Shown: positions 19,447 through 29,654, numbered from the stretch's first letter. The stretch: 55,722 nt of DNA from Calditrichaceae bacterium (GCA_050178385.1 JBFXGD010000003.1:1-55722); one strand, 5' to 3'. Made by a program: numbers and translations. The notes: a model not told the origin generated them from the sequence alone.

Positions 19447-19766
19447 ACTTGAATTTTCCGAAGATATTCCTACATACCGATAAATTCCATATTTCAATCT
19501 TATTATGATTATTGTAAAATTGCCGTGTCATATTTATAAAAATGATATAGTGTCAAGCCAAAATGACCTATTTATAATGTCAAATATGCAATAATAGAAA
19601 CGCAAAATGCAATAAATGGTACATTTTGTAAAGACGTGAATATGTAAAATATCACAAAATGCAAAAAAAATAGATCAACAGCATAATAATTATTGCGGTG
19701 ATTAAATGGTAGGTGTATATTGCACACTTTAGTTATTGAAGCCGTTTTGATCGGGAAAGGAAACTT

Positions 19767-20669
19767 ATGGAGTACTGGTTTATAATTAATCCCCGTTCAG
19801 GTAAGAAAAATAAAGCCGGTGAGATTAAAAATCTTATTAAACAGCATTTTCTTCATCAAAAATCGCATCAATACCGACTGATTTTTACCGAAGGTCCCGG
19901 GCATGGAAGAATCATTGCCAGGGAGGCGGTTAGCGAAGGTATTGACTATGTGGTTTCTGTCGGCGGGGACGGAACCATGAATGAAGTTGCGGGAGGTCTG
20001 GTAAACAGTGAAACGATATTCGGAGTTATACCCACCGGTTCAGGAAATGGTTTTGCAAGATCCCTGGGAATTCCGCTTGATGCCGGAAAGGCTATTTCTT
20101 TTATACTAAATTCTCACCCCAGGAGTGTTGATGTCGGGCGCATAGCAGATGATTATTTCTTTGGTGTGGCCGGTGTTGGTTTTGACGCTCTGATCGGAGC
20201 CAGATTCCAGGAGTTCGGTCATCGCGGTCCTCTTCCGTATTTCTATATCGGTGTGAAGGAATATTTTAAGTATCAGTTTGAAGAATTTAGGATCATCAGT
20301 AAAGAGTACACAAATTCGGTACGCCCCTTATTAATTACAATCGCAAATTCTTCACAATACGGTAATGGGGCGGTCATTGCTCCGGGAGCGGATCTTGAAG
20401 ACGGCTTGCTCGATGTGTGTATTATCGAAAAAATTCCGTTTGTTGAGGGTTTGCTAAAAGTCGGGGCTTTATTTAATAATAAAATTGATTCACTCTCGTC
20501 CTACAATAGATTCATGACCACAGAAGTAAAAATAATACGTTCCGGAAAGAATTGTTTGTACCATGTGGATGGCGAACCTAAAAAGGGCCAGGCTGAACTG
20601 ACCTTTAAAATTTTACCAAAAGCGCTAAATGTATGTTCACAAAAGCAAGAACAAGGAGGGGTAGTATGA
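19767..20669 (+). CDS. Diacylglycerol/lipid kinase family (YegS/DgkB-like)
   Basis: IINPRSG, VGGDGTMNEV, IPTGSGNGFA, YGNG, HVDGE. Confidence 0.9.
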   Translation: MEYWFIINPRSGKKNKAGEIKNLIKQHFLHQKSHQYRLIFTEGPGHGRIIAREAVSEGIDYVVSVGGDGTMNEVAGGLVNSETIFGVIPTGSGNGFARSLGIPLDAGKAISFILNSHPRSVDVGRIADDYFFGVAGVGFDALIGARFQEFGHRGPLPYFYIGVKEYFKYQFEEFRIISKEYTNSVRPLLITIANSSQYGNGAVIAPGADLEDGLLDVCIIEKIPFVEGLLKVGALFNNKIDSLSSYNRFMTTEVKIIRSGKNCLYHVDGEPKKGQAELTFKILPKALNVCSQKQEQGGVV

Positions 20670-21988
20670 CCAGGCAAGAGATTCTTAAATCAGTGAAAGA
20701 AAACGATGTTGCATTTCTCCGGTTACAGTTTACAGATATCATGGGATCTAATAAAAATGTCGAAGTGCCTCGAAGCCAGTTTGAAAAAGCGCTGGATGGC
20801 GAGATTATGTTTGATGGTTCATCGATCGAAGGATTTGCAAGAATTGAGGAATCCGATCAGCTGTTACAACCTGATTTGGATACATTTGTTATACTTCCGT
20901 GGGATAACGGCAAAGGAAAAGTCGCGCGAATGATTTGTGATATTTATTCAACTGATCATGAACCGTTTCCCGGCGATCCGAGGTATATTTTAAAACGCGC
21001 TATCGCGGAAGCCGAGCAGATGGGTTTTACCATGGTTGCAGGGCCGGAACCGGAATTTTTCCTGTTTCAGAAAAATTCAAATGGTATCGCCAGTACTGTA
21101 ACTCATGATTCTGCCGGATATTTTGACCTTGCCCCGATTGATCTTGGTGAAGATGCCAGACGCGATATGATAAATATTCTGATGAAGTTGGGTTTTGAAA
21201 TTGAAGCCGCTCACCATGAGGTCGCCCATGGACAACATGAAATAGATTTCAGGTATGAGGAAGCTTTAAAAACGGCGGATAATATCTCAACCTTTAGATG
21301 GGTAGTTCGACGTGTGGCGTTCGATCATGGATTACATGCCACTTTTATGCCTAAACCAGTTTTTGGAATTAACGGCTCGGGGATGCATGTGCATCAGTCT
21401 TTATTTAAAGGTGATACCAATATATTTTATGATCCGAAAGCAAAATATCAGTTAAGCCAGATCGCCATGCAATATATAGGCGGAATTTTAAAACACGCGC
21501 GTAATTTTTCCGCGATCACAAATCCGACAGTCAACTCCTATAAGCGATTGGTACCCGGGTATGAAGCTCCGGTGAATGTGGCTTGGTCGGAAAAAAACCG
21601 CAGCCCTCTGGTTCGTGTTCCCGCAAAAAGAGGCAAGAGTACAAGGATTGAGTTGCGTATGCCGGATCCTGCATGTAATCCCTATCTTGCACTCGCAGTA
21701 ATGCTAAAATCGGGTATCGACGGGATTAAAAACAATATTATGGCAAAAGAACCTGTGAATAAAAATATCTTTACAATGAGCATCCGCGAAAAACAGCGTT
21801 TACAGATAAAAGAATTACCCGCGAATTTGCTTGAGGCGGTGGAATTGATGGAAAAAGACGCAATCATAAAGGAAGCGCTTGGAGATCATATCTTTAATCA
21901 TTTTGTAGCGGCAAAAAAGGCGGAGTGGCAGGAATACATCACCCAAGTTCATCAATGGGAAGTTGACCGTTATTTGTCATATTATTAA
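20666..21988 (+). CDS. glnA: Glutamine synthetase type I
   Basis: FDGSSIEGF, HHEVAHGQHEIDF, FMPKP..GINGSGMHVHQS, SYKRLVPGYEAP; start moved to ATG 20666 after SD AAGGAGG (ATGA overlap with upstream gene). Confidence 0.96.
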   Translation: MTRQEILKSVKENDVAFLRLQFTDIMGSNKNVEVPRSQFEKALDGEIMFDGSSIEGFARIEESDQLLQPDLDTFVILPWDNGKGKVARMICDIYSTDHEPFPGDPRYILKRAIAEAEQMGFTMVAGPEPEFFLFQKNSNGIASTVTHDSAGYFDLAPIDLGEDARRDMINILMKLGFEIEAAHHEVAHGQHEIDFRYEEALKTADNISTFRWVVRRVAFDHGLHATFMPKPVFGINGSGMHVHQSLFKGDTNIFYDPKAKYQLSQIAMQYIGGILKHARNFSAITNPTVNSYKRLVPGYEAPVNVAWSEKNRSPLVRVPAKRGKSTRIELRMPDPACNPYLALAVMLKSGIDGIKNNIMAKEPVNKNIFTMSIREKQRLQIKELPANLLEAVELMEKDAIIKEALGDHIFNHFVAAKKAEWQEYITQVHQWEVDRYLSYY

Positions 21989-21995
21989 TCTGCTG

Positions 21996-22030
21996 GAAAA
22001 AGCCGGATCGGACACGAATCCGGCTTTTTC
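21996..22030 (+). terminator. Intrinsic terminator after glnA
   Basis: GAAAAAGCCGGAT / ATCCGGCTTTTTC inverted repeat. Confidence 0.8.
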
Positions 22031-22090
22031 ATTTATACGGGTTGATTTTTTGATGAATTGATGGTTAATTTAAATACTAGTTTATGAAAC

Positions 22091-22552
22091 ATGGATGAGG
22101 ATACTATGACAGTTTTTCAAACTTCCCTGAAGGTAAGAAGTTATGAGTGCGATATGTACGGCCACGTAAATAACGCGACTTTTTTGAACTATCTTGAATA
22201 TGGACGAGTTGAACTGCTAGATAAATTGGGATACAGCCTCGATTCTTTAAAGGCTGAGGGATTTTTACTGCCAATTATAAAAATCGAAATTGAATATAAA
22301 CAACAAGTGATATTGGGTGATCATCTGACTATCTCGGTCGAGTGGGAAAGCCGGGGCAGAAGTTCTGCGACATTCAGACAAAATATTTTAAAAGATTCAT
22401 CAAATATGCTGGTGGCAAGCGCGATTGTCACCTGGGTCGCGACGGATTTGACCGGGACACCCATACAAATCCCTCAAGGATTTATCGATCACTATGAAAG
22501 CACTTTTGAAGCGGTTCCTTTAGTCACAAAAAAGATAAGATCATTAAAATAA
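22091..22552 (+). CDS. Acyl-CoA thioesterase (YbgC/FadM hot-dog family)
   Basis: VRSYECDMYGHVNNATFLNYLEYGR. Confidence 0.88.
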   Translation: MDEDTMTVFQTSLKVRSYECDMYGHVNNATFLNYLEYGRVELLDKLGYSLDSLKAEGFLLPIIKIEIEYKQQVILGDHLTISVEWESRGRSSATFRQNILKDSSNMLVASAIVTWVATDLTGTPIQIPQGFIDHYESTFEAVPLVTKKIRSLK

Positions 22553-22564
22553 GCTGGATAAATC

Positions 22565-23737
22565 ATGCCGATAAAACTACAGGATATCGCGTCAAAGATT
22601 GATCAGGAAGAATCGACCTTACTTTCAAAATTTGCAACACAAAATGCACGGGCAATCCGGAACAATCCGGAAAGGGATATTCATTCCCGACCGCCATACG
22701 CGTTGGACAGAGACCGGATTATCTACAGCGGAGCATTCCGGCGCTACACAGGAAAGACACAGGTCATCTATTTTGCATCGATGCTCGATGAACAGCTCAC
22801 AAGCCGCAGTTTACATACATTAAGCGTAGCTCAGATTTCCAAAACTATAGGAAGGTTTCTTTCATTAAACACAGATTTAATAGACGCGATCGCTCTAGGG
22901 CATGATCTGGGGCATCCACCGTTCGGCCACGACGGGGAAAAATTTCTGAGTAAAGTCAGCATAAAACACGGAATTGGTCAGTTCCATCATAATATTCAAA
23001 GTCTGAGAGTTGTGGACAGCATCGCGAAGAAGGGACAGGGTTTGAATTTAACCTTTCAAGCCAGGGATGGGATTCTTTCACACAATGGTGAAGTACATAA
23101 TCAGGGACTGGAACCGAACTTGTCAAAATCAGAAAAAGATTTGACCGATTACATTCTCAAAATGGAACAGGGTGATATAACGGATATGATGCCGGCAACG
23201 CTTGAAGGCTGTGTGGTTCGGCTGACAGATACGATTGCATATATCGGTCAGGATATTGAGGACGCCATCCGTATAGGCCTGATAAAACGCGATGATCTGC
23301 CGGATGATCTGAGATCGGTTTTAGGATCTTATAACGGCCAGATTGTTGAAACGCTTGTCAATGACGTAGTGGTTAACAGCTACGGAAAGAAATATGTGAG
23401 TTTTAGCCCGGGAATTTCAGCGGCTCTTTTTAAGCTTAAAGAATTTAATTATGAGAATATCTACAGACAATCAAAACTCAAAGTGAATCATGAACGCATC
23501 GAACGCGGGTTTGAATTTTTGTTCAACTATTATCTCGATTCATTAAATAAAAATGACCGCGACAGTGAAATTTTTCAACACTTTCTGAACTCAAAATCTG
23601 AAAAATACCTAAATAATCAAACTGTGGAATTAATGGTACGTGATTTTATAGCAGGAATGACGGATCGTTATTTTACACAAATTCTGCAGAAAATCATCAT
23701 TCCGGAAGCGACAGGATTCCAGATTACAAACGGATAA
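22565..23737 (+). CDS. dgt: dNTP triphosphohydrolase (dGTPase-like HD protein)
   Basis: DRDRIIYSGAFRR..GKTQV, HDLGHPPFGHDGE, DIEDA, RDFIAGMTDRY. Confidence 0.88.
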   Translation: MPIKLQDIASKIDQEESTLLSKFATQNARAIRNNPERDIHSRPPYALDRDRIIYSGAFRRYTGKTQVIYFASMLDEQLTSRSLHTLSVAQISKTIGRFLSLNTDLIDAIALGHDLGHPPFGHDGEKFLSKVSIKHGIGQFHHNIQSLRVVDSIAKKGQGLNLTFQARDGILSHNGEVHNQGLEPNLSKSEKDLTDYILKMEQGDITDMMPATLEGCVVRLTDTIAYIGQDIEDAIRIGLIKRDDLPDDLRSVLGSYNGQIVETLVNDVVVNSYGKKYVSFSPGISAALFKLKEFNYENIYRQSKLKVNHERIERGFEFLFNYYLDSLNKNDRDSEIFQHFLNSKSEKYLNNQTVELMVRDFIAGMTDRYFTQILQKIIIPEATGFQITNG

Positions 23738-23826
23738 TTGATTGCTCTGTATCGATCATAGGTTTATATTAACAAACAGCTACAAATTGAAGTCAGTTTA
23801 ACTCCCCAATCGCGAAGGGAACAGAT

Positions 23827-25068
23827 ATGTCTACTGAGAATTTAGCAAAACTTAACCGTCAGATTGATGACCTTGGGACGGAAGCCGTTGAATTAATGAA
23901 AAATATTATTCCTATTAAATCATTGGGACCTTTGAACAATGGCAGTGGGGAGAGCGAAAAAGCAGAATTTATCAAAGATTACTTAAAAGCAATAGGTGTT
24001 GAGGAAATCGAAGAATACCCTGCTCCTGATCCATCCGTTCCGGGGGGATTGCGTCCTAATCTGGTTGCGAGAGTTCCCGGAAAGAACAGAAATCGCACCG
24101 TTTGGATTATGGCGCATTTGGATGTTGTTCCCGAGGGTGATCTGTCAAAATGGGATACAAATCCTTTTGAAGCAGTGATTAAAAACGGAAAAATATATGG
24201 TCGCGGGACTGAAGACAATAACCAGGGGCTTGTCAGTGCTATTATGACAGCAAAAGCCTTTACAGATGAAGGTATTCAGCCTGAAAATAACCTTGCGATT
24301 TTATTGGTTTCAGACGAAGAGACGGGAAGCCGCTTCGGCCTTGAATTTATGATTGAGAATCATTCCGATCTTTTTAAAAAAGAAGATATTTTTATCGTAC
24401 CAGATGCGGGAGAACCCGATTCAAGCATGATAGAAGTCGCGGAAAAATCAATTTTATGGATCAAATTCAAAACACGCGGCAAACAGGTGCATGCCAGTAT
24501 GCCCGAGAAGGGCATCAACGCCTTCAAGGCTGCTTCCAGTCTTGTTGTTGAACTTGATCAGCTACATCAGTTGTTCAGTGCGTCAGATCCGGTGTTTGAC
24601 CCGCCAATCAGTACATTTGAACCGACAAAAAAGGAATCGAATGTGCCAAATATCAATACGATTCCGGGTGATGATGTATTTTATCTGGACTGCCGGATAC
24701 TACCGGAATACTCAATTGAAGATGTGCTGGGCAGGGTAAAAAATATCTGTGAGGGGATCGAGAAAAAATTCAATGTAAATATAGAGATTTCGACCGAACA
24801 AAAAGAGCAGGCCGCTCCAGCGACACCGGTTGACGCCCCGGTGGTTGTCGCCCTGAAAAAAGCGGTCAAGGATGTTTACAGCACGGACGCCAAAGCAATG
24901 GGTATTGGCGGCGGTACTGTTGCCGCAATTTTCAGACGCGCAGGTTTCAATGTGGCGGTTTGGTCCACAATCGATGATCTCGCCCATCAGCCTAATGAAT
25001 ATTGTGTCATTCAAAGTCTTGTCAATGACGCTAAAGTTTTTGCGCATGTATGTATGCAGAATCTTTAG
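23827..25068 (+). CDS. M20 metallopeptidase (DapE/ArgE-like)
   Basis: AHLDVVP, YGRGTEDN, DEETGS, GKQVHAS, AHQPNE. Confidence 0.9.
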   Translation: MSTENLAKLNRQIDDLGTEAVELMKNIIPIKSLGPLNNGSGESEKAEFIKDYLKAIGVEEIEEYPAPDPSVPGGLRPNLVARVPGKNRNRTVWIMAHLDVVPEGDLSKWDTNPFEAVIKNGKIYGRGTEDNNQGLVSAIMTAKAFTDEGIQPENNLAILLVSDEETGSRFGLEFMIENHSDLFKKEDIFIVPDAGEPDSSMIEVAEKSILWIKFKTRGKQVHASMPEKGINAFKAASSLVVELDQLHQLFSASDPVFDPPISTFEPTKKESNVPNINTIPGDDVFYLDCRILPEYSIEDVLGRVKNICEGIEKKFNVNIEISTEQKEQAAPATPVDAPVVVALKKAVKDVYSTDAKAMGIGGGTVAAIFRRAGFNVAVWSTIDDLAHQPNEYCVIQSLVNDAKVFAHVCMQNL

Positions 25069-25099
25069 GATCAGCCTGTTATTCAATCATTTAAATTAC

Positions 25100-25128
25100 T
25101 TGACATGAATTGGGTGATCATCTAAATT
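25100..25128 (+). promoter_or_regulatory. Sigma70 promoter of tRNA-Gly
   Basis: TTGACA-N17-TAAATT, 12 nt upstream of the tRNA. Confidence 0.7.
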
Positions 25129-25140
25129 TAACAAATTATG

Positions 25141-25212
<72 letters not shown>

Positions 25213-25431
25213 CTTATCAATGTGATAAATGTTCTAAAGTCCGATAGATAGGCTTTTTCATATAAAGAAAGTGTTCGGGTTCATGAGACACAATTTAACT
25301 GAAAAAGAGCCAAATATCAGCGTGCCTGGTGACGTTTATCACAGACTCAAGCACACCAATTCTTTTAATTGAACTCATCTTCACCAGAACCGTCTCTAAT
25401 TTTGCACATAAATTAATGTATGGAGGATTTC

Positions 25432-26268
25432 ATGAGAAGGTCTTATTTTTTGTTGGGAATCATAATAACAGTTTTGTTTTCATTTATAGTGCTGAATGCG
25501 CAAATCTATCAGCAGGTTCCCAATGCTGGTACAGTGAATTGGCAGGATCAGATTATTCGGGCAACCGGTATCGGAGCTCCCAATCCTAATGTACCTTTGG
25601 CGGCACAGCGTGCCGGTGCAATCAGGGCGGGGGAAATGGATGCTCTGCGTCAATTGCTGGAAACCGTAAAAGGAATGAATCTAACATCAGAAACGATTGT
25701 GAGAAATGCCATGGTCGAGAGTGATGTGATTACATCGAAAGTCAGCGGTGTAGTGAAAAACTTTAGAAAGGTAGACACAAGATATCTAAGTGATGGAAGT
25801 GTAGAAGTCGATGTTGAAATCCCCATCAGCGGTATTTTACTTGACGCATTGTTGCCTCAACAGCTTGGCGGTGTGAATCCCGGCATGATGTACAATGCCG
25901 CTCAGCCTCAACCAACATATCAAAACGCGGTATATACAGGGTTAATTATCGATGCCCGGGGTTTAGGACTCCGGCCGGCGATGGCGCCGAAAATAGTGGA
26001 TGAAAGCGGTAATGAAGTATATGGTACCGGTTATGTAAGTCGTGATTATGCTGTGCAGATTGGTGTAGTAGGGTATGATAAGGATCTGAATCGGGCGAAA
26101 GCCAATGAACGGGTAACCAATAATCCTGTGATTGTTAAAGGTCTTAAAGTATCCGGATCAAATAAAGCTGATGTTGTGATCAGCAATGCTGATGCCGCGA
26201 ATATAATGGCGGCAGCAAAAAACCTAAATTTTATGGAACAGTGCAAAGTAATGATCATTTTAGATTAA
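25432..26268 (+). CDS. Exported LPP20-like protein
   Basis: Signal peptide; IRATGIGA...AIRAGEMDALRQLLETVKG LPP20-like pattern; C-term YTGLIIDARG domain; start moved to ATG after SD GGAGG. Confidence 0.65.
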   Translation: MRRSYFLLGIIITVLFSFIVLNAQIYQQVPNAGTVNWQDQIIRATGIGAPNPNVPLAAQRAGAIRAGEMDALRQLLETVKGMNLTSETIVRNAMVESDVITSKVSGVVKNFRKVDTRYLSDGSVEVDVEIPISGILLDALLPQQLGGVNPGMMYNAAQPQPTYQNAVYTGLIIDARGLGLRPAMAPKIVDESGNEVYGTGYVSRDYAVQIGVVGYDKDLNRAKANERVTNNPVIVKGLKVSGSNKADVVISNADAANIMAAAKNLNFMEQCKVMIILD

Positions 26269-26281
26269 CAGGAGAAAAAAC

Positions 26282-27448
26282 ATGCGAAATGCTATGATAA
26301 AATTGTTCGTGTTATTTGTTGCTTCTGTTTTTATTTTTCAGGGATGCGCCGCGCCTAAGGAGAGAAAAGCGGAATCTATTCTGGATACTCCGGAATATCA
26401 TTACAATCAAGGTGTGAAATTTTTAAATAATAATGACCTCAGTAGTGCGGAACGTGAATTTAATCTTGCCAAAGGCTTAAAAGCAAATTTTGCTCCGGCT
26501 TATGAGGGGCTTGGAATCGTGAAATTGGAAAAAGGCGATCTCGCGGGCGCTGAGGCTCTGATTAAGGAATCACTCAGCAAAGATGGTGATTGGATACCCG
26601 CAAAAGTAGCAAAAGGACGTCTTTACATCGCTCAGAATAAATTTGAAGATGCGGTGAATGAGTTAAAAGACGCTGTTGATGATGTCAATGGCTCAAAATC
26701 CGTCAAAGATAAGAAGGGTGTAAAAAAAGACGCTTATTACTGGATGGGTGTTGCCTACAAACAATGGGGCAAATATATCGAAGCGCAAACTGCATTCCAG
26801 AAAATTCTTGAAATAGACAATACTGATATGCGGGCAAGCAAGGCAATTAAGGAACTGGCGGAATATCAGGCCGCGGTTGCCGGTCAGTCGCCAGAATTAA
26901 GGAAAATAGCGGCTCAAAAAGAAATTACCCGCGCTGATGTAGCCATTCTGTTTGTCACCGAATTACCAGTCGAAAAAATCTTCAGGCAATCACCATCACA
27001 GCAAAAAATAGGTTTCCAGGCTCCCGGACAGACGATGATGGGGAAACGTGAAACGGCACCCGGCGCCCCTGAATGGGCCGCGACCGATGTGGCGGAAGAT
27101 TTTTGGGCAAAATCTTTTATTGACAAGAGTCTTCAACTGGGAATCATTGATAAGTACCCCGATGGTACATTCCGCCCCAACGAAAAAGTAAATCGTGCTG
27201 AATTTGCCAGATTGATTGAACATTTTCTTAGGAAAGCATGGGATGATCCCAAAATGGAAACACAATTTTTCGGAGAAATGTCTCCATTTGCAGATGTCCT
27301 GAATACTTCACCGGTATTTAACTCCATCATGGTTGTATCAACAAGGGGAATTATGCCGGGTTTAGAAGATGGTACTTTTAAACCTCTCCAGGTTGTATCA
27401 GGTGCGGAGTCGCTTAACATTATTAGAAATTTGAAATCCAAGTTTTAA
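26282..27448 (+). CDS. Lipoprotein with TPR repeats and C-terminal S-layer homology (SLH) domains
   Basis: Lipobox FQGC; TPRs (HYNQGV, AYEGLG, AYYWMGVAY); SLH DV..FWA...GII..YPDGTFRPNEKVNRAEFA and FADV...GTFKP. Confidence 0.85.
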   Translation: MRNAMIKLFVLFVASVFIFQGCAAPKERKAESILDTPEYHYNQGVKFLNNNDLSSAEREFNLAKGLKANFAPAYEGLGIVKLEKGDLAGAEALIKESLSKDGDWIPAKVAKGRLYIAQNKFEDAVNELKDAVDDVNGSKSVKDKKGVKKDAYYWMGVAYKQWGKYIEAQTAFQKILEIDNTDMRASKAIKELAEYQAAVAGQSPELRKIAAQKEITRADVAILFVTELPVEKIFRQSPSQQKIGFQAPGQTMMGKRETAPGAPEWAATDVAEDFWAKSFIDKSLQLGIIDKYPDGTFRPNEKVNRAEFARLIEHFLRKAWDDPKMETQFFGEMSPFADVLNTSPVFNSIMVVSTRGIMPGLEDGTFKPLQVVSGAESLNIIRNLKSKF

Positions 27449-27502
27449 AGTCAGGGGGAGGATTTTCCTCCCCGTTTAAATAAATTGAAATGGATTAGCG
27501 AT

Positions 27503-28729
27503 ATGAAAAAAATTTTTACGATTGTCTTTTTAGTGTTTTCGATTACAAGCCTGGTTTTATCGCAATATCCCGGAAGTTCGGCCGGAGAATCGCCGGATGA
27601 TACCAAAACCGTAGTGGCGACCGGATTCGGAGCAATTCTAAGCGGTGATATGGTCAAAGCGAGGGAAGATGGTGTTAATGACGCTCTGAGAAAAGCGGTT
27701 GAACAGGTTGTTGGTACGATTATTGACGCGAACACGGTCACAGAAAATTTTATGACGCTTGAAGATAATATCTATTCACGGACGACCGGATACGTGCAAA
27801 ATTATGATGTTATTGGGACGAATCAGCGGCCGGATAATTCACTCGAAGTAACAGTACGGGCTGTGGTTAAGGCCGGAAATTTAAAAAATGACCTTCAGGG
27901 GATATTGACGGTTTTAAAAAGTGAAGGAATGCCGCGATTAATGGTAGTCATCGATGAGCAAAATATCGGCCAGTATCACGGCCGGATTGTCTCCGAATTG
28001 AACACAACCGAAACGGCTTTGATGAATGAATTAATGTCCTTTGGATTCCCGTTTGTAGATGCGGCTACAGCAAAGTCGAATGTCGCACAGGATGTATTAA
28101 GCGCCGCAATGACGGGAGATTCTCAGGCCGCCGCCAACATCGCCAAGCGAAGCGGCGCGGAAATTTTAATAATCGGCACAGCGAGAACTACGGTGACACA
28201 ACCCCCGGTTATGCAGTCGTCGGGAATGAAATCCTGCAATGCCAATTTGACCGTACGCGCTGTACGCGCTGATGACGCGGTTGTGATGGCGACAAGCAGT
28301 GCGCGCGGAGTTAACGCGCATATTGATGAGTTAACCGGAAGCACGCTCGCTTTGGAAAAAGCCGCAAAACAGTCAGCGGTCGAATTAAAAAACAAAATTA
28401 TCGAGAAATTTCAGAAGAATCAGTTTGAAACACGTCAAATTCAGCTGCAGATATTGAATATTAGTAACTTTAGTCAGTTAAACACTTTAAAAAACAGTCT
28501 TCCGTATTATGTGCGAGGACTTAAAAAAGTGTATCAGAGAAGCTTTGAATCCGGAACGGCATTGTTTGATATTGAAATAACTCAAAAAGCAGAAACCGTT
28601 GCCGCTGAATTATCAAACAAGACGATTGAGGGACTCAATCTCGAAATCGTATCTGTAACACAAAACAAAGTCACCGCTAAAATAATATCCGGTGATGGCG
28701 GGGTTAATCAGAGTGGAGGCCTTAGATGA
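27503..28729 (+). CDS. Exported protein with FlgT N-terminal-like domain
   Basis: Signal peptide MKKIF...; VVATGFG...AREDGVNDALRKAVEQVVGTII FlgT_N-like pattern, then PRLMVVIDE alpha/beta domain. Confidence 0.65.
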   Translation: MKKIFTIVFLVFSITSLVLSQYPGSSAGESPDDTKTVVATGFGAILSGDMVKAREDGVNDALRKAVEQVVGTIIDANTVTENFMTLEDNIYSRTTGYVQNYDVIGTNQRPDNSLEVTVRAVVKAGNLKNDLQGILTVLKSEGMPRLMVVIDEQNIGQYHGRIVSELNTTETALMNELMSFGFPFVDAATAKSNVAQDVLSAAMTGDSQAAANIAKRSGAEILIIGTARTTVTQPPVMQSSGMKSCNANLTVRAVRADDAVVMATSSARGVNAHIDELTGSTLALEKAAKQSAVELKNKIIEKFQKNQFETRQIQLQILNISNFSQLNTLKNSLPYYVRGLKKVYQRSFESGTALFDIEITQKAETVAAELSNKTIEGLNLEIVSVTQNKVTAKIISGDGGVNQSGGLR

Positions 28730-29640
28730 CAGGTAAAATAAAGCTTTTTGTGGGTTTATTTTCTTTTATCTTCCTTCTATCCTTTGCGAATGCACAGGAC
28801 CTAGCAGGTTTAAAAAAGCGAGTCGCTGTTTTTAATTTTGAAGATAAGGCGCAGTATGGGCATAATATCGGCAGCGGATTGTCGGATATGCTTGTAACAG
28901 CTCTTGTCGAAAGTAAAAAATTTATCGTGATTGAACGGGCGGAGCTGGACCAGATATTGAAGGAGCAGGGGCTTGGCCTGAGTGGAGCAGTTACCGAACA
29001 GTCAGCGGCAAAAGTTGGTCAGCTTCTGGGCGTAGAACTGATGATTACGGGTAGTGTGAGTGAATTTGGTACTAAAGAAAATAAAATCGGAGGCGGACTG
29101 AGTAAGCTGAGCGGTTTTCGATTAGGAGTGGAAAAAAATTCAGCCCGGTCAGTAGTAGATATCAGGCTTGTTAACACCACTACAGGTGAGATAATTACAT
29201 CAAAACAAGCGGTCGGTGAAGAATCAACGACCAGCCTGGATAATGTAGGCGTGGAAGGTATTGATTTTCATAATTCATCCACATGGGATAATACAATTCT
29301 TGGAAAAGCCGCGAGAAAATCTGTTAACGAATGCGTCGAGATAATCACATCGGGGATGCAAACTATCCCGTGGCAGGGGAAAATTATCAAAGCGAATGAT
29401 GACGGAACCGTCTTCATGAAGCCAGGTTCGCAGAGCGGTGTGATGAGCGGTATGGTATTTTGGGTTTTTCGTCCGGGGGAAGATCTGATTGATCCGGATA
29501 CAGGGCTGTCGCTTGGCTCGGAAGAACGAAAAATTGGACAAATTCAGATTGTGAGTGATGTAGCGGGTGGAAAAGCAGCCAAAGCTATAGTTAAAGGCGG
29601 TGGTGGTTTCGATACCGGTGATTTGGTAAGGGTAAAATAG
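28726..29640 (+). CDS. CsgG/HfaB-family protein with FlgT C-terminal-like domain
   Basis: KKRVAVFNFE, LSDMLVTALVES..F.VIER..LD.IL.EQ, GSVSEF, VDIRLVNTTTGEI; C-term GEDLIDPDTG.SLG...GDLVR. Confidence 0.85.
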   Translation: MTGKIKLFVGLFSFIFLLSFANAQDLAGLKKRVAVFNFEDKAQYGHNIGSGLSDMLVTALVESKKFIVIERAELDQILKEQGLGLSGAVTEQSAAKVGQLLGVELMITGSVSEFGTKENKIGGGLSKLSGFRLGVEKNSARSVVDIRLVNTTTGEIITSKQAVGEESTTSLDNVGVEGIDFHNSSTWDNTILGKAARKSVNECVEIITSGMQTIPWQGKIIKANDDGTVFMKPGSQSGVMSGMVFWVFRPGEDLIDPDTGLSLGSEERKIGQIQIVSDVAGGKAAKAIVKGGGGFDTGDLVRVK

Positions 29641-29654
29641 AACCGGGGGCAAGA

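Noticed and set aside
19707..19724. Sigma54 promoter upstream of the kinase-glnA unit
   Set aside because: GG-to-GC spacing is 12 or 8 nt rather than the required 10
28726..29640. Curli biogenesis locus
   Set aside because: No csgA/B-like repeat proteins or csgE/F nearby; the CsgG-like protein has no lipobox and has an extra C-terminal domain
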